Assembly: GCA_040357565.1 (NCBI GenBank)
Contig: JBDODJ010000042.1
DNA: 64,000 nt
Strand: one strand, 5' to 3'
From: Cercozoa sp. M6MM
Taxonomy: Eukaryota > Protista > Endomyxa: Ascetosporea
Within the stretch, counting starts at the first letter, position 1; each line of letters opens with the position of its first letter. The notes below the pieces were generated by a model. It searched no databases and was not told the DNA's origin. It was given only the letters and a program-made list of their open reading frames with translations. The position numbers and the translations under genes were made by a program. Positions 11,387 through 25,809 of this stretch are shown here, piece after piece.

Positions 11387-14300
11387 ATGGCTGAAATAGC
11401 CCCCATTTGGCCATGCGAGGAGATTCGAAATAGCTCGGACGAGGTGTTGTTCGGTACTTCGCCGTTTTTGGTTCAAACTGCGATTTCGTCGATTTCGTCG
11501 ATGTTTCGGCAAGAGCGCAGGATCGTTGCTGACGGTTGAGAAGTTCTCCGACTCGCACAAGCGTTGCTTGCTTGGCGTCGTATGTTCATTGCTGTAAGAG
11601 TCACCTTCATACTGGCTGGTTTGGTACCTAACTTACATTTTTGAAAACATAGTGACGCGTCGCGACTGCTGGTGGATGAAGAAGACAGCGAGGATCCGTA
11701 ATTTACTCGCATCTAACTGTGTGCTTATCGTTAACTTGCATGAACGCATAAACTGCAGATACCCGGCGTTGTTCGCACGCAAGTTTTCCGAGTTTCTGCA
11801 TGCCAAAGAGAAGAAAGAAAAGCACGAAGAAAATGCAAATTTCTGCGAGTGCGTTGCACTTCCTTTGGTCAGTCGGGAATCTAGTCTATTGAATGTAACA
11901 CAACGCTTCATTGAACTGAACGCTCGTAGATTTCAAGCGAAACAACGCCTGTGATGCCGTGGTTTGCTGCACTCTGCGATGAGTTTCCCTGCGGTCAGTT
12001 TAATGCTCATTCTCCCGCTATTTCTTTAGTTTTAATTTTTTGACAGGCCGAGAAGGCAAATACCGACTGGAGTCTCATTTTCTGCTACTGCTGATGCATT
12101 TCACAATCACGCAAATGCCAGTGTCGGACTTTTCTGCCACTGTACCTACTGACATTCTTTGGTGTTTGGCTTCTCAAACTGTCGAGTGTGTTGGTGCACA
12201 GCGATACGACGCGAGGATCCGCGCGGCATTGTCGAAATTCTGCGCGATTCGCGAACTGCCGCTCAAGTTTCTGCGTCAGCATGAGCGTTTTTACGCCGTG
12301 CGACTCAAGCACGCTGCGTTGAAAGATGGTCAGTTTTAAGCAGCTCCAATCAGCTTTAAGCTTCTTAATTTAACTGGTTTGAGTTTAGAGCGCCGCACAA
12401 ATGCAACGGACGACGAAGAGCGCGAGCGACGATTGAAAGAGCAACAGAAACGCAAATATTTGAAATGGCTCAAAATCGGCGGTGCCGCTGCTGTTGGTAA
12501 TTTGAGCTTTTTTCAGGTTTGCAGTTAAACCAAACCATGTTTTTTTTTAAACAGGTGGAACTCTCATGGCTGTGACTGGAGGATTAGCTATTCCTGCACT
12601 ACTGGCTGGTACGACTTGTGCCCAAGTGTACAAGCTCAGTTGTACTTTGTTAATTGGATTCTTGATGACAGGACTCGGTGCTTTGGGTGTTGGAACAACC
12701 TTCCTTGCCGGCACAGTGGGCGTTGCTCTGTTGCACTCACTGTTTGCAACTGCTGGAATCGGACTGGCTGGTGGGTTGACTGTCTAGTAGTACTTTACAA
12801 ACTGATATGGAACCTTTGCAGGCTGGCGAATGAAGCGTCGAGTCGGCGATTTAGAAGAGTTCCGATTCGAGCCGATCGAGTCGGACGAGGACGAGTGCAA
12901 AGTGGCTGTTACAATCACCGTCAGTGGCTTTTGCGATGCCGAAAGTATCGTTTGCTTCTTTTTTCTGTTCATTTTCAAGGTGTAAAACTGGGTGAAATAG
13001 GCGTGGATTTCGATGTGCTGGTCGACAACGAAGTGCGACGACTCAACGGCGAAAACAACGCCGATGACACCGAAATTGCGCGCACTGTCGATGGTGGTAC
13101 GTTTGAACGGTTTCACCTGTCAATTTGTACCGGTACATTATGTACTTACAGACCAAGAAGCGGCGAAACTACGAAGACGCGCGGTTGCCTCGCAGTGGCG
13201 TTTCTTGTTGGCTCACATTCCTGGTACTTTAGCTTTTCATTGTAGTTTATTGAGTCAATCTGCAATCACTTTGCAGAACCAGAAGAAGAGTCTGACGATG
13301 AAGAAGAGAACAATGACGAAAGCAGCGACGAAAAAGCGAAAGCTGCTGCCATTTCGACCGAAGTTCGCAAGATCTTCATGCCTGCTGGTAGACCACTTTC
13401 AGCGTTTTTCCTTTGCTTTCATCTGTCGAGTTTCTTTCTTTAGCGGAAAGCAGCGAAACTCATTTCGCTTTGTGTTTCGACACACACCACCTCAGCAGCA
13501 TGGGTACGGCAGAGTGTTGATTTCCTCGGTTAAACAACCGGTGTGTTTAGGTGCCGTAATCCAATCGTTCGCTGCGCAACAAGCCAAAAATTTCGTCGTC
13601 ACTGGTGAATTTAACAAGTTTCACTTCTTGAATTGAGTGATGATGCCTTCCATTGAACAGAAACACTGAAACAAACGGCACTGAAGGGCGTTCTGGCAGC
13701 TGTAATTTACATGTTGCTTTGTGGATCTTAAGTCCTTATGGATAGTTGAAACTTACAGTTGGCATGGCCTTCGATGCTCGTGTCAGCTTCGGGAATGATT
13801 GACAACTCATGGTCGGTGGTACTGAAGACACGACTCATTTCTTTTCACCTGTGTGGTCTTTTATGTTTTTCTTGCTAACCTTGTGTCGCCAGGTGTGCAA
13901 CCGTGCCGATTTGGCAGCTTTCGCACTAGCTGATGTGTTGGAAGACATGTGCACCCTCAAAGTTACTGACAGCAACAACAACGACAAGAGCAACAGTTCA
14001 GACAAAAGCAGGAGTAAAAGCGAGAATGAAAGCGAGAAAAACAAAGACTTTGGCGAACATCGTGCTGTGACACTTTTTGCCTTTTCTGTCGGCGCACGTG
14101 TCGTCGTTCGCGCTGTATTTTCTCTCTGATTTTTCACCAGTCGAAACCGGGATTTACCTGTGCCTTTGCAGCTGTTGGAACTTGTGCGACGATGCGAAGC
14201 ACTGCCGCGAGCGCGAGCGCTTCGTCGACTTGCCGTAAGTTGATTTGATTCGACTTTTCTGCTTGAATCAACTGTCAGTATTTGTGTGGCTGCCAGTGCA

Positions 14301-14766
14301 TCCGAGGCATTGTGCAAAACGTCGTTTTGGTGGGTGCGGCTGTTCACCTGTCGCCAGAGGAGTGGCGTCAGTGCCGTTCGCTTGTTAGTGGTGCTTTCAT
14401 CAATGCACACAGGTAAACATACTTTTTCTGAGTGATTATTGTTCTGTAAAGTTTGCTTTACAACTTGTCTTCTAGCAACGTGAAAACCGACTGGCTTCTC
14501 GCCTTTCTGTATCGTGTGACGGCGGCTGCTTTGACCGAACCGGTCGCTGGCCTTGCCCCGGTGTGCTCCATTTTCTTTCTGTCTGGAACGGAAAGCTCAA
14601 CGAAACTGTGGATTTGCATATATAGGTTGGAGAAGAAGCCGGTATTCTCAACGTCTTCATCGGCGATATCGCCAAGGGTCATCACAGACTACCACAAGCA
14701 CTGCCTGCGATCAGCTTGCGTTGCTTGCAGGCTCAGCGAGCCAATTTGCAGCGACTCGAGGGTTGA
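11387..14766 (+). CDS. TMCO4: DUF726/TMCO4-family alpha/beta-hydrolase-like membrane protein
   Basis: WLKIGGAAAVGGTLMAVTGGLAIP, RMKRRVGDLEEFRF, LAWP..MIDNSWSVVCNRA, VTLFAFSVGARVV, DWLLAFLYR..VAGLAPV. Start approximate. Confidence 0.85.
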
Positions 14767-14809
14767 TTGATTGTTCATTCTATTTAAACAGCTAAGCGTC
14801 GGATGCCTA

Positions 14810-16633
<1,824 letters not shown>

Positions 16634-16995
16634 TTTTGAATCCGACTTCACTTAGCACCTCTTCTCTGGTGTTAACTCCTCAATTTAAGAATTTACAGAT
16701 TGAAGAAGTGTCTCCGAAACTTGGCATTTCGGCATTCAATTGGACCTGTGCAACCTTACAAAAGACGGAGGGATGAAGCCAAAGTATGGTTAAAAATTTT
16801 GTACAGTATAGCATCGAGTAATATCTCTTATCTTCGGTCTCACCGTCGCTTGGGATGGGCATGTGCAGCTGCACGCGGACTCGGACTTTCGCCACATGAG
16901 GTTATGCAACTTTAGTGAACTGGAATAACGCTGCCAGGAGTAAATTTACAAGACGATCAGAGTCACAGGCTTGAGTTAACCGCGACTGAGCAGGA

Positions 16996-19710
16996 ATGCG
17001 GCTAGTGCTCGCTTCGGCACTCGCCGTCGAAGGTTTGCTCCGTTCAGTTTCTATCCTATCCAGCGATTCAAGATGCTATGTTTTGATACTGGTACAGCCA
17101 TTCGAGCAAAAGCGAGCTGCGAAGAAAGCTGTGGACTTCTCTCTCAGCAGGACATTTTGCATGCGCACGTAGCTGCGCTACCCCCGAGTGACGAATTGTT
17201 GCACGACAATAACTGGCATCCGCTCCAGTTCGATTCCTTTCTGCGACTGCTCACCGAGCGTGGAGTTGCTTCACGCGCTTACTCACTGGTCGGGCTCGCA
17301 CCATACGCCTATGTTTCCGAGATGCACTTGCCACCACGTAGGAACATCACAATGATAAGCTATACCTGTCATGGGAATTCCCACTTGTTTGTTTGGTAGA
17401 CAAGAGGATACAAGAACTACGGGTGACCACAGTGTTCCCCGAAACCAATGAAGAAATTCCCGTCGAGGAAGAAAAGAGTACACTCACTGTATGCACACAT
17501 TGCACCCTTTATTTAAGAGGGTGTCTTCACAGTAAACGAGGAAACATTTACAAGTGGCCCAAAAGCATACGTACACGCTTTCTTGCAGCCAGTGAACAAG
17601 CAAGCGCATGGCGAGGCTTGGAACCTCCTTACTCGCATCTCGGAGGTGCAGGTACCAACGGTCATCAGGCGGATGCTACAAAGCATGATACTTCTTGTCT
17701 CTGTCAGGTACCAATCGTGCCGAAAGAAGGTCTCAAACCGGGTTCCACCGCAGACGATATCGTTTTCGAAAGGCAGCATCGTCACTGTACTTGGTTCCTT
17801 AGTTGCCCGGGCTTGTAACTTTAGATATCTTTGTTTGGGTAGCCGCACTCTGGATTCAACTACAACAACTGCCATACGCACCTCCCAACAGTAACCTTAT
17901 GCTCTTGGTTGTCTTAAGTTTATGCCGGTGTGGTCATAAGTTTCACCTGATGATGCTGATTCACAGCCTTCCTCGCCGTGTGGTTCGGGAATCTCATGCC
18001 TATTTTCCGGGGAGGTAAAGCTACCTCTATCAATGCAGACCACTTATCTGTCTTCCTGAATAAATAGTTATAGGAAAATTGACATTTTTGTGGTGCCCTC
18101 AGGAAAATGGACAGTGCACGAGGACCCATGTTTACGATGCGCGCGAAAGCAAGGGCACGCAGCGACTACCGAGGGGAAGAGTCCTCCCAAAGCAGCTGAA
18201 GAGCACACCGACAGAGAAAAAGAAGGCACTGAGAAAACAGAGGAAGTCACTGAGAAAACCGAAGAAGGCACTGAAAAAACCGAAGAAGACTCTGAGAAAA
18301 CAGAAGAACGTCCACTGCGCAGACCGCAAGGCGTACCGTTTCAGCCGCCTTCGTTTATGCAGATGATTCCCGTCTGTGGTCGTGGCTCGATTCACGCCAG
18401 TGAGAATGTAAACCTTCCTCCTTAAGGCAGCTTACGGAACGCTTAATCTACCTCCACCTCTCTGTTGTAGGAGAAAGGCAAGAAATTGAATCCCGAAAGT
18501 GCCCTGCACTACTGCTTTTGTATGACACCAGCTCAAACTGCCGATCTGATCGATTTCCTACTGCAGCATCACGCATCTCTTAAAGGGTACCAACAAACAC
18601 TTCGTCGGGTAGTAACTCAGGGGATTTATCGCTTGCAAATGGGCAGAAGCACAATTTCACGTGCCTCGTTACACGTGCCTCTTCTTAAGACACCATTCAA
18701 AGTGCCTCTCACTGGTACCTGAACTTACTATCTTGAAGTGAGTTGATATGACTGCAAAATAAATGTGACAAAGGTTTCGACAACGTGCTCGCGGAGGAGT
18801 TCCTCGCTAGACATGTTCTCTCCCTTTTCAACAAATCCGTTGGACTTCCATGGTTTCGTTCGGTGCTATAGGGCGACCACAAGGTGCTGGTGGCACACCC
18901 GACACGTGCAGTGTTGCCGCAAAATCCCTTCACTGACGCCGACGTTGATCTCGAGTCGGCTTCACAAGTTTTGACTCTGTTCAAAGAAACTTCGATGGAC
19001 ATTCCGTTGGAAGGTGCGGTTCGACCGCGTCTGGCAACAATGCCGCTCTACAAGTAAGCTTCTCTCTCGGTAAACTGTTGCTAAACCATCAGCCGTACAA
19101 TCACTCAACAGGTCGATCGACTTTCACCGAGCTTGGTTGGCCGAAAAGCCGGATCCAGCTCTCACGCCGCGTGCTCTGCAGCAACGATACATCCTCTACG
19201 AGCAGCAACAACAGTACGCATTCGTTGCTTTCTTCGTTGCTTTCATCTTCAGTTGCCATCAAATATGAATCTTCCTTTCAGAGAGATCAAGGGAGCTGAA
19301 CAAAAAGCCAGGCGCGAGCAGAGGTATCTTTGTCGATATTAGTAGACCTTAGGATACATACGAGCCTATTGTGACTCGACTGAGTGCAGAAGAAGACGAA
19401 AGCGCCGTCGCAAGTCACGGTCTTCCGATACTTCAAAAACAAGCAGTGCCAAACCCGAACAGCCGACACCAGAGGTAGTCAGTTTTGACTTTTTCGAATG
19501 TACACTAAGAAAATCGAACACGTGCAGACTGAGGAGCTCAACCTCCCGATGTTTGGACACGAAGCACAGTAAAACTACTTTTTTCAGTTTTTTGGCAGTT
19601 TGCAAAATACCCATTGGCACATCAGGTACATCGAGGAGGCACGAGGCCAACAACGGTTCCATGCAACACGCCATGAGTATGAGAACCGAGGCTCGTGCCT
19701 TATAATGTGA
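16996..19710 (+). CDS. Hypothetical multi-exon protein with EGTEKTE repeats, basic patch and C-terminal CLIM
   Basis: Regular exon/GT-AG intron pattern. Last exons splice in phase to ..EQRRRRKRRRKS..PE|KIEHVQ..ENRGSCLIM*. May be more than one gene. Confidence 0.45.
18222..18306 (+). repeat. 21-bp coding tandem repeat x4 (EGTEKTE)
   Basis: Unit consensus GAAGGCACTGAGAAAACMGAR. Confidence 0.9.
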
Positions 19711-19901
19711 TTTACTGTGCCGAAAAAGCGAAATAGACTATAGGTTAATATTTTGAAACACACCGGCGCTCCGTTAAAAATCCGCTGCAGTGAGCCGTAG
19801 AGCTACCAAGAGGCGTGTGCTAGCTGTGAAAAATATTGCAGACGCGCTTTTGCACGTTGTTTGCCAATAAACCTTTCTCGTTTCGACATTGAGAGAAAGC
19901 A

Positions 19902-20607
19902 ATGTCAGTGGACCCGCGATTTGGCGAGCGCCACCTCCAGCAGCTGATGCGCCAGGAGCAGCAGAAATTCGAGGAGCTCAAGTTGCAGTTGCAGAAGCTG
20001 GTGCCGATTTCTTCTGCCTCGGGGAGTGGTTCCTTCATTGTCTGAGATGCGTGCGCTTGTTTGCATGTGCAGCTCGGTCCGGCGGAGCAACTAAAGGCGC
20101 AACATGCCGAGAACGAAATGGTGCTCAAGGAGCTTGAGAACACCGACTCACTCGAAGGCCGTGTCTATAAGCTTGTCGGGTACGTGGAGTTTCTTCAGTA
20201 TCTCGTGTTAATTGTTTGAGTTCTTTGTGTGCGTTTTCCCTCAGTCCGGCGCTCATCAGACAAGACGTCGACGATGCTGTCATGCAGGTTCAGCGACGCA
20301 TTGAGTTCAGTGCGTTTATTCTGCTTGAGCTCTGACTGTTAAGTGTGGGTTGTATTGTGTATGTGTCTCTTGGTTGAGCAGTCCATGGCCAGATTCAGGA
20401 CGCAAACGCCGGCATCGAGAAGGTGCAGAAGGAGATTGGCGAGTGTCAGGTACCTGTGCTAGTGTTTCATTCAACTAGCTTCTTATTTCTTTCGTTTTAT
20501 GCGGGCATGTGCTTCTGCAGGGTCGCATGATGAGGTGGCAGCAACTGTTCCAGGCTCACATGCAGCGACAAGCGCAGCGGCAGCAGCAAGCTTCGGGCAA
20601 GAACTAA
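19902..20607 (+). CDS. PFDN6: Prefoldin subunit 6
   Basis: QLKAQHAENEMVLKELE..VYKLVG|PALIRQDVDDAVMQVQRRIEF|I, the beta-prefoldin 6 signature. Confidence 0.88.
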
Positions 20608-20848
20608 CTCTGCTCACTCTGCTCAACTCGACCCGTACAGTAGTACTGCGCTCCGTCGGGTCAAACGTCCAGTTTAAAAATCCATTAACGTAAGCAAAAT
20701 TTGTTTCATTAGTTTGCGTAGTTAGAGTTCACGTCAGTCTACTAATAACCGAACCAACACCCATGTATTTTCCCTGAAGAGCTCTCCTTTTCTGTGCGGC
20801 TCTAAGTACTATCCAAAGTGTGCTAGAAGCGTTGGTGGACAACTGCGT

Positions 20849-22747
20849 TTAGTAAAAGTTGCGGGCTGTATAAGTATCGTCACGGCGAATGGGAATCTGC
20901 GTGAAGAGCCACGTCATGAGCGCCACCGCCAGGTGCCTGAAACGACCACAAACGACTGAAGTATGAAACGCGTGCAAGACAAAGTAAACTGCGACGTACG
21001 ACAGAGGCAGGGCTCGCGCTATCTGTGGCCAGTGTGCCACGAGCTTTTTCAGTGTCAACACGCGTCGTGTTCCCTTCAAAACACCTCCAGTCAACATACA
21101 AGAAGCACAACTAAAGGAGGAACCACGAAGTACAGTAGGTCGTGTGAGACGACTGTGTCGCACGCGATGCAACACCGGGAGTACGCGTGCCGCAAGAGGT
21201 GCAAACAGCAGTCGTAAGAACACGTCAGCACTCATCATACCCGGCACAGGCCGCTGCTTCTTTCTCTGCAACACACTTTTCGTTTCAGAAACCTCAAAAA
21301 CTGAATATTTAGTGTACAGAGCGAACGAAGGCGTAAACAGCCTCGGCAAGCTTGCGGTCGAAGTGACTGATTGTGTCATTGTTTCTTACGCGGCCTTGCA
21401 TTAGCAGGTGCAGTTGGTCCTTGAGAACAAAAGCATACCGTCAAAGCATCCTGTATCAACAAAGCAGTTGAAAAAGACACCTTTTCCTGCGAGCTAAGTC
21501 GCTGCATGTAGCGACGTCGTCGCTCACGTCGTCGCAGTCGAGTTGGCTTGTGATCGGTGCTGTGAACCTGCGCCGGCACCTGTGTTTTCCACGGCTGGTG
21601 TCGATGCAAACGACGTGTGGACATGTCCACTGTACTCACACGCACACAGGATAATGATCTTTCTACGTATGCTTCATAAGTAAAAACGATACTATCGTTG
21701 ACAGCAATCGTGTTGTGCTGCATCTCCTGAAAGCGGAGATCTCTCGACTGTTCTTTCGCGAGTTTCTGAGAATGGAAGATACCAAAACAATAACAAATAC
21801 ATGTGTTATACGAGCGATTGATAGAAGAAAAAGAACCTGGAGTCGCTGTAAGTTCTCTCGCTGTCGCTGAGCCATGAGTCGCGTCTGCTCGTTGAACCGC
21901 ATTCGCACTTGAGGCTTCGCCTGAGGCCTGACACTTTGAGTTGCCGAGGCAACCCGTGGTTCCAGTGTATGAAAACTCGCAGCCTTTTTCTGAGCACTTT
22001 TTTGCGTCGTGTTTTTGTTGATTTGGTGTAATTTGACACTTTGCGTCGGTGGGCTGTGCGCAAGGTCGAAACTCACGTGCTTCTTCCTGTCAGAAGCTGG
22101 AGGGACGGGTTCCTATCAACATGGCTTTATTTTTGTGTGCTAGAGTCAAAGAAAATTGAAGTGAAAGGGAAACCTGATATCCAACGGCTTCTTTGAGAAG
22201 CTGTCTGGCCAACACAAGCTTTCGTCGCATCCGCAAGAGCACCGTGTCTTGACTCGAGTGCTCCATCCTCAGACTGGCCATTTCCTGACTTGAGTCGATG
22301 TCACGAGCTTCTTTCTTTGACGGCTGCGCCGTGTTTCAACCTTTTAGAGTATGGGACAAGCGAATAATACAGTTTCTGACGTGTCTAAACCCCAGAGGCA
22401 AAACTCACAAATTCACGCACTTCGCCAAGCACGGTTTCCCGCAAGAAACGCCTCTGGCATCAAACATCACTTGCGGCTAAAAAATAAACTGGCATAACAT
22501 ATTTCTTGTCAATTTAGTGGTCCATATATTAGTTCATTGTGTACTACGCGTTTTAGCGTCGGATGTTGCTGTCATTGAATTGTAGCCACTTCGATATATC
22601 TTCTTACCTCGTTTTCCCGGAATAGAGTGCAAGGACGGAGTGTTTCCAGGCAAGGCACCCCGACTTACAACGTCAGGTAGCCTGTAGCACCAGGAATCAC
22701 GAAAAGGCGCTCGGACGAATATTTCGTGATGTCGAAAAAGTCGTCAT
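20849..22747 (-). CDS. Hypothetical protein
   Basis: Series of minus-strand exons with canonical introns (e.g. LRMRRKLVLARQLLKEAVGYQ, RMRFNEQTRLMAQRQRENLQRLQ). Boundaries uncertain. Confidence 0.4.
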
Positions 22748-22857
22748 CTTCGCGAAGTGACCGAAGGCGGCGTGCAGATGTGCCTCGTTGCTTCTATTGA
22801 TCGACGGCACACAATCTAACTTGTTTTGGTGGACAGAGTCGCGTGGTTGTGTCCGAA

Positions 22858-24681
22858 ATGAGCGTTTCTCATCCTCCACTCCCGGCGGACGAAACCGAAG
22901 TCAAGACGGAGTTTCTCGAGGTAGTTTCCTTTGAGTGTGAGTGTAACAACAAGTTGAAAACAGCAGGAGTCATGTATATGTGTTTCCTTAGAACACTGGA
23001 CCGCGTGAGTTGCGACGATACACACCGAAGCGGCTGCGACGAGTGCGATCACATCGACATTGCAAAAAACTGTCGGCAAAGACGCGACGGGCGGTGCGAG
23101 CACTGAAAGCCTGTCATAGCAACAAGCACGACAAAAAAGAGCCAAGTAGCGCTGCTTTCTTTTTGTTTTGAGGTTTTCTTTAAATTATATGTGTGGTGTG
23201 TGTTTGCTTTGCAGCCACTCCAGGCTGGAGGCGTGCGAAGCAAGAGTCGCGTCAAGTCGATCTGCAGGACGTCTTCAGCACTGACCAGCCGTATGTTTTT
23301 TCTGTGTTAGTTGACTTGTCGCTTTGCTTGAAGTTGAGTTGAGTTGCTCGGAGTTGAGTTGCTTTAAGTTAGTTGCTTGAGTTAAGTTGCTTTGCTTTGA
23401 CTTGCTTTGCTTTGACTTGCTTTGATTTGACTTTGCTTTGAGCTGAGTTGTTTTACTTCGAATTGAGTGTTGCTTCTACCAGCTGGCGCTCGTACCAGAG
23501 CGGCAAGGAAGAAGAGGAGGACGAGGCGGTCGAGTGGCTCGATGACGACGCAGCAGCCGACGATTTCTCGTTCGATTTCGGCGCCGCGCGACTCGAGCGC
23601 GACATGCCGTCACAGCCGCTAGAGCGAGCGACTCACGAAATCGCGGACGAAGCTAGTGCGAAATCGACGCCATCGACGCCGTCGAAGTCGCAATCGGCGC
23701 AATCGGCGAAATCGACTTCACACTCGGCGCAATCGGCGAAAGCGACGTCGCAAACACCGAAAGCGACGAATTTCGCGCCGCCGCAGCCGCGGAATCTCCT
23801 GTCGTACAGCGCTATTCGACGCGACGTTTCGAGCACATCTGCACACGTCGATATCGACGCTTTCTTCGCCGATCTACCGGGCTCTGCACCGGCTCAGGCC
23901 ACTCCGACTCAAGCCACTCCGACTCAAGCCACTCTGACTCAAACTAGGACCCAAACTCTGAGTCAAGCTGCGACTCAAGCTGCTCCGACTTCGGCTCCGA
24001 CTCCAGCTGCTCCGACTCCGACTCAGACTGCAACTCGGACTGCAACTCAGACTGCAACTCAGGCTGCCACTCAGACTGCGCCGGAAGCGAAGCGCGAAAC
24101 GCCGACGCAGCCGCAAGTCGCTCCGCCTGGCATGCATCCCCCGGTGCATGCGCACACTGGGCCCTACATGCACGCACCTCATGTAGTTTTATCCTCCTTT
24201 CACCCCCCGTCATTTTACCCCCCTCCCCGATGCAGTTGACGCCGCAGCAGCACGCGATGTGGGTGCAGCAGCAGCACATGATGGCCATGCAGATGCAGCA
24301 CATGGCTCCGCGCGGACATCCGCATATGCACCCGGTCGATGCACGGGTATACCTCACCCCTTTTTACTCCACCCCCCTATTCCTTTACCTCCCATGTTAT
24401 TCCCACAGCACCACGTGGCACAAGCGGCGCAGGCGGCACAAGCAGCACGTGTGCCGCACAGTGTTCCGACGAGTGACGCATCACTGACGCAGCCGGTTCC
24501 ACACGCTGTGGCACGTCGTGTCATGCACGCTCGGTGTGTCCCATTTGTGTCCAGTTTTACCCCCCCCCACTTTATACCCACTCCACGCAGTTACCACCAA
24601 TATGCGTCGCGTGCGTCGCCACAGCGAGCGAGTCGGCCGCAGCAGCCTGCCGAGTACAAGCCGCCTGTGCGTCGCAACTAA
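22858..24681 (+). CDS. Low-complexity protein, possibly 4E-T/GIGYF-like translational repressor
   Basis: RRYTPKRLRRV near the N-terminus, EAVEWLDDD..FSFDF, A/T/Q/P repeats and a Q/M/H/P-rich tail. Confidence 0.5.
23315..23470 (+). repeat. Intronic (GAGTT/GCTTT)n pentamer satellite
   Basis: Same mixed pentamers at ~53445-53545, 61800-61890, 62300-62412, 62640-62766 and 63705-63822. Confidence 0.9.
23890..24078 (+). repeat. Coding 15-bp and 12-bp tandem repeats (PTQAT / TATQ)
   Basis: CAAGCCACTCCGACT and ACTGCAACTCAG units within the exon. Confidence 0.85.
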
Positions 24682-24811
24682 ATTTCTGGCCTTTCCCTTA
24701 CATTGTTAGTTTTGAAGTTCCCCAGGACATCTTCTTCAAGGTCGGTACACTTTTTAATTGTTACAGGTACACAACAAGAAAGGACGATGATGGCTCGGAT
24801 GAAGTTGAGTT

Positions 24812-25569
24812 TTAACGCGCCTTGCCGACCATGAAATCCTTGAGGAACTCGGAGGCCACGTCCGTGTGCGTAATATCGCCGGACATGGTCTGTGAAGGGG
24901 TAAGGGTAAAGGAGCAAATGGCGGGTATGAAGGGGTAAAGGGGCAAACACACCGGAAGAACGCGCTCCTCCTCCTTGATTTGAACGGCACGCCATTGGTC
25001 CAACAGCTTGTACACATGCGATTCCGTCTTCAGCAGGGTCACGGCCTGCCCGAGGGGTAAAGGGGATGAGGAGGGGAGTACAGAAAGTGACTGACCTCGT
25101 GTAGCTCGGCGTCGCCCTTGTGACGCAGCATGTCGACAGCGTCGAGGTTGTGGATGCCGCGGAACTTGTCGAACTTGGCGCGAATCACGCGTCGCAAGTC
25201 CTGCTTTGAGTAGCCTGCCGCCACAAGCGACACACACAACATGCACTGGACTAACTAGGCAGGGAAGAGCCTGGACTACCCTCGATCTCGTAGGCCGACA
25301 TGATGAAGTCCAGGTGTCGCATCCACGAGCGGTACTGTGCCGCCACCAGCAGGTTGCTGTGCTCCAGCGATCGCGCCTGTTCACAGCACATACACAAGGT
25401 CACAGGGCACAACAAGCCACACAAACCGACACAACAGTACAGTCAGCGTGACGTCGAGTTTATTTGAGCGGAACTTCTTCCCGACGCCCACCATGGCATC
25501 ATTCGTCATCGCCAGTTGCCGAGTCTGCGCTGCCTGTTGGCACACACGTCGAAGCACTCGCGCCTGCAT
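24812..25569 (-). CDS. NDUFA6: Complex I LYR subunit NDUFA6 (B14)
   Basis: LVAAQYRSWMRHLDFIMSAYEIEG|YSKQDLRRVIRAKFDKFRGIHNLDAVDMLRHKGDAELHE|AVTLLKTESHV..FLKDFMVG. Confidence 0.85.
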
Positions 25570-25809
25570 GCCTCGTCCGACACAAGATACTCTGCACCGG
25601 GTGGAAAACACAAAAATAATTCAGCTTTGTCAGGGCTACAGAAATGATAGAACACACTAACTTACCACGAGCACACCACAGGTTATGCGTATCGTAATCC
25701 GTGCTGCTCAGCCGTGTCCTGGTGGCTATAGTTCGATGCAAAAACGATCGTTTGCTTTTTCTCGTTAGACAAAGAGTATTGAGCAGTGTTGTATAGCACA
25801 CTCAGTACG

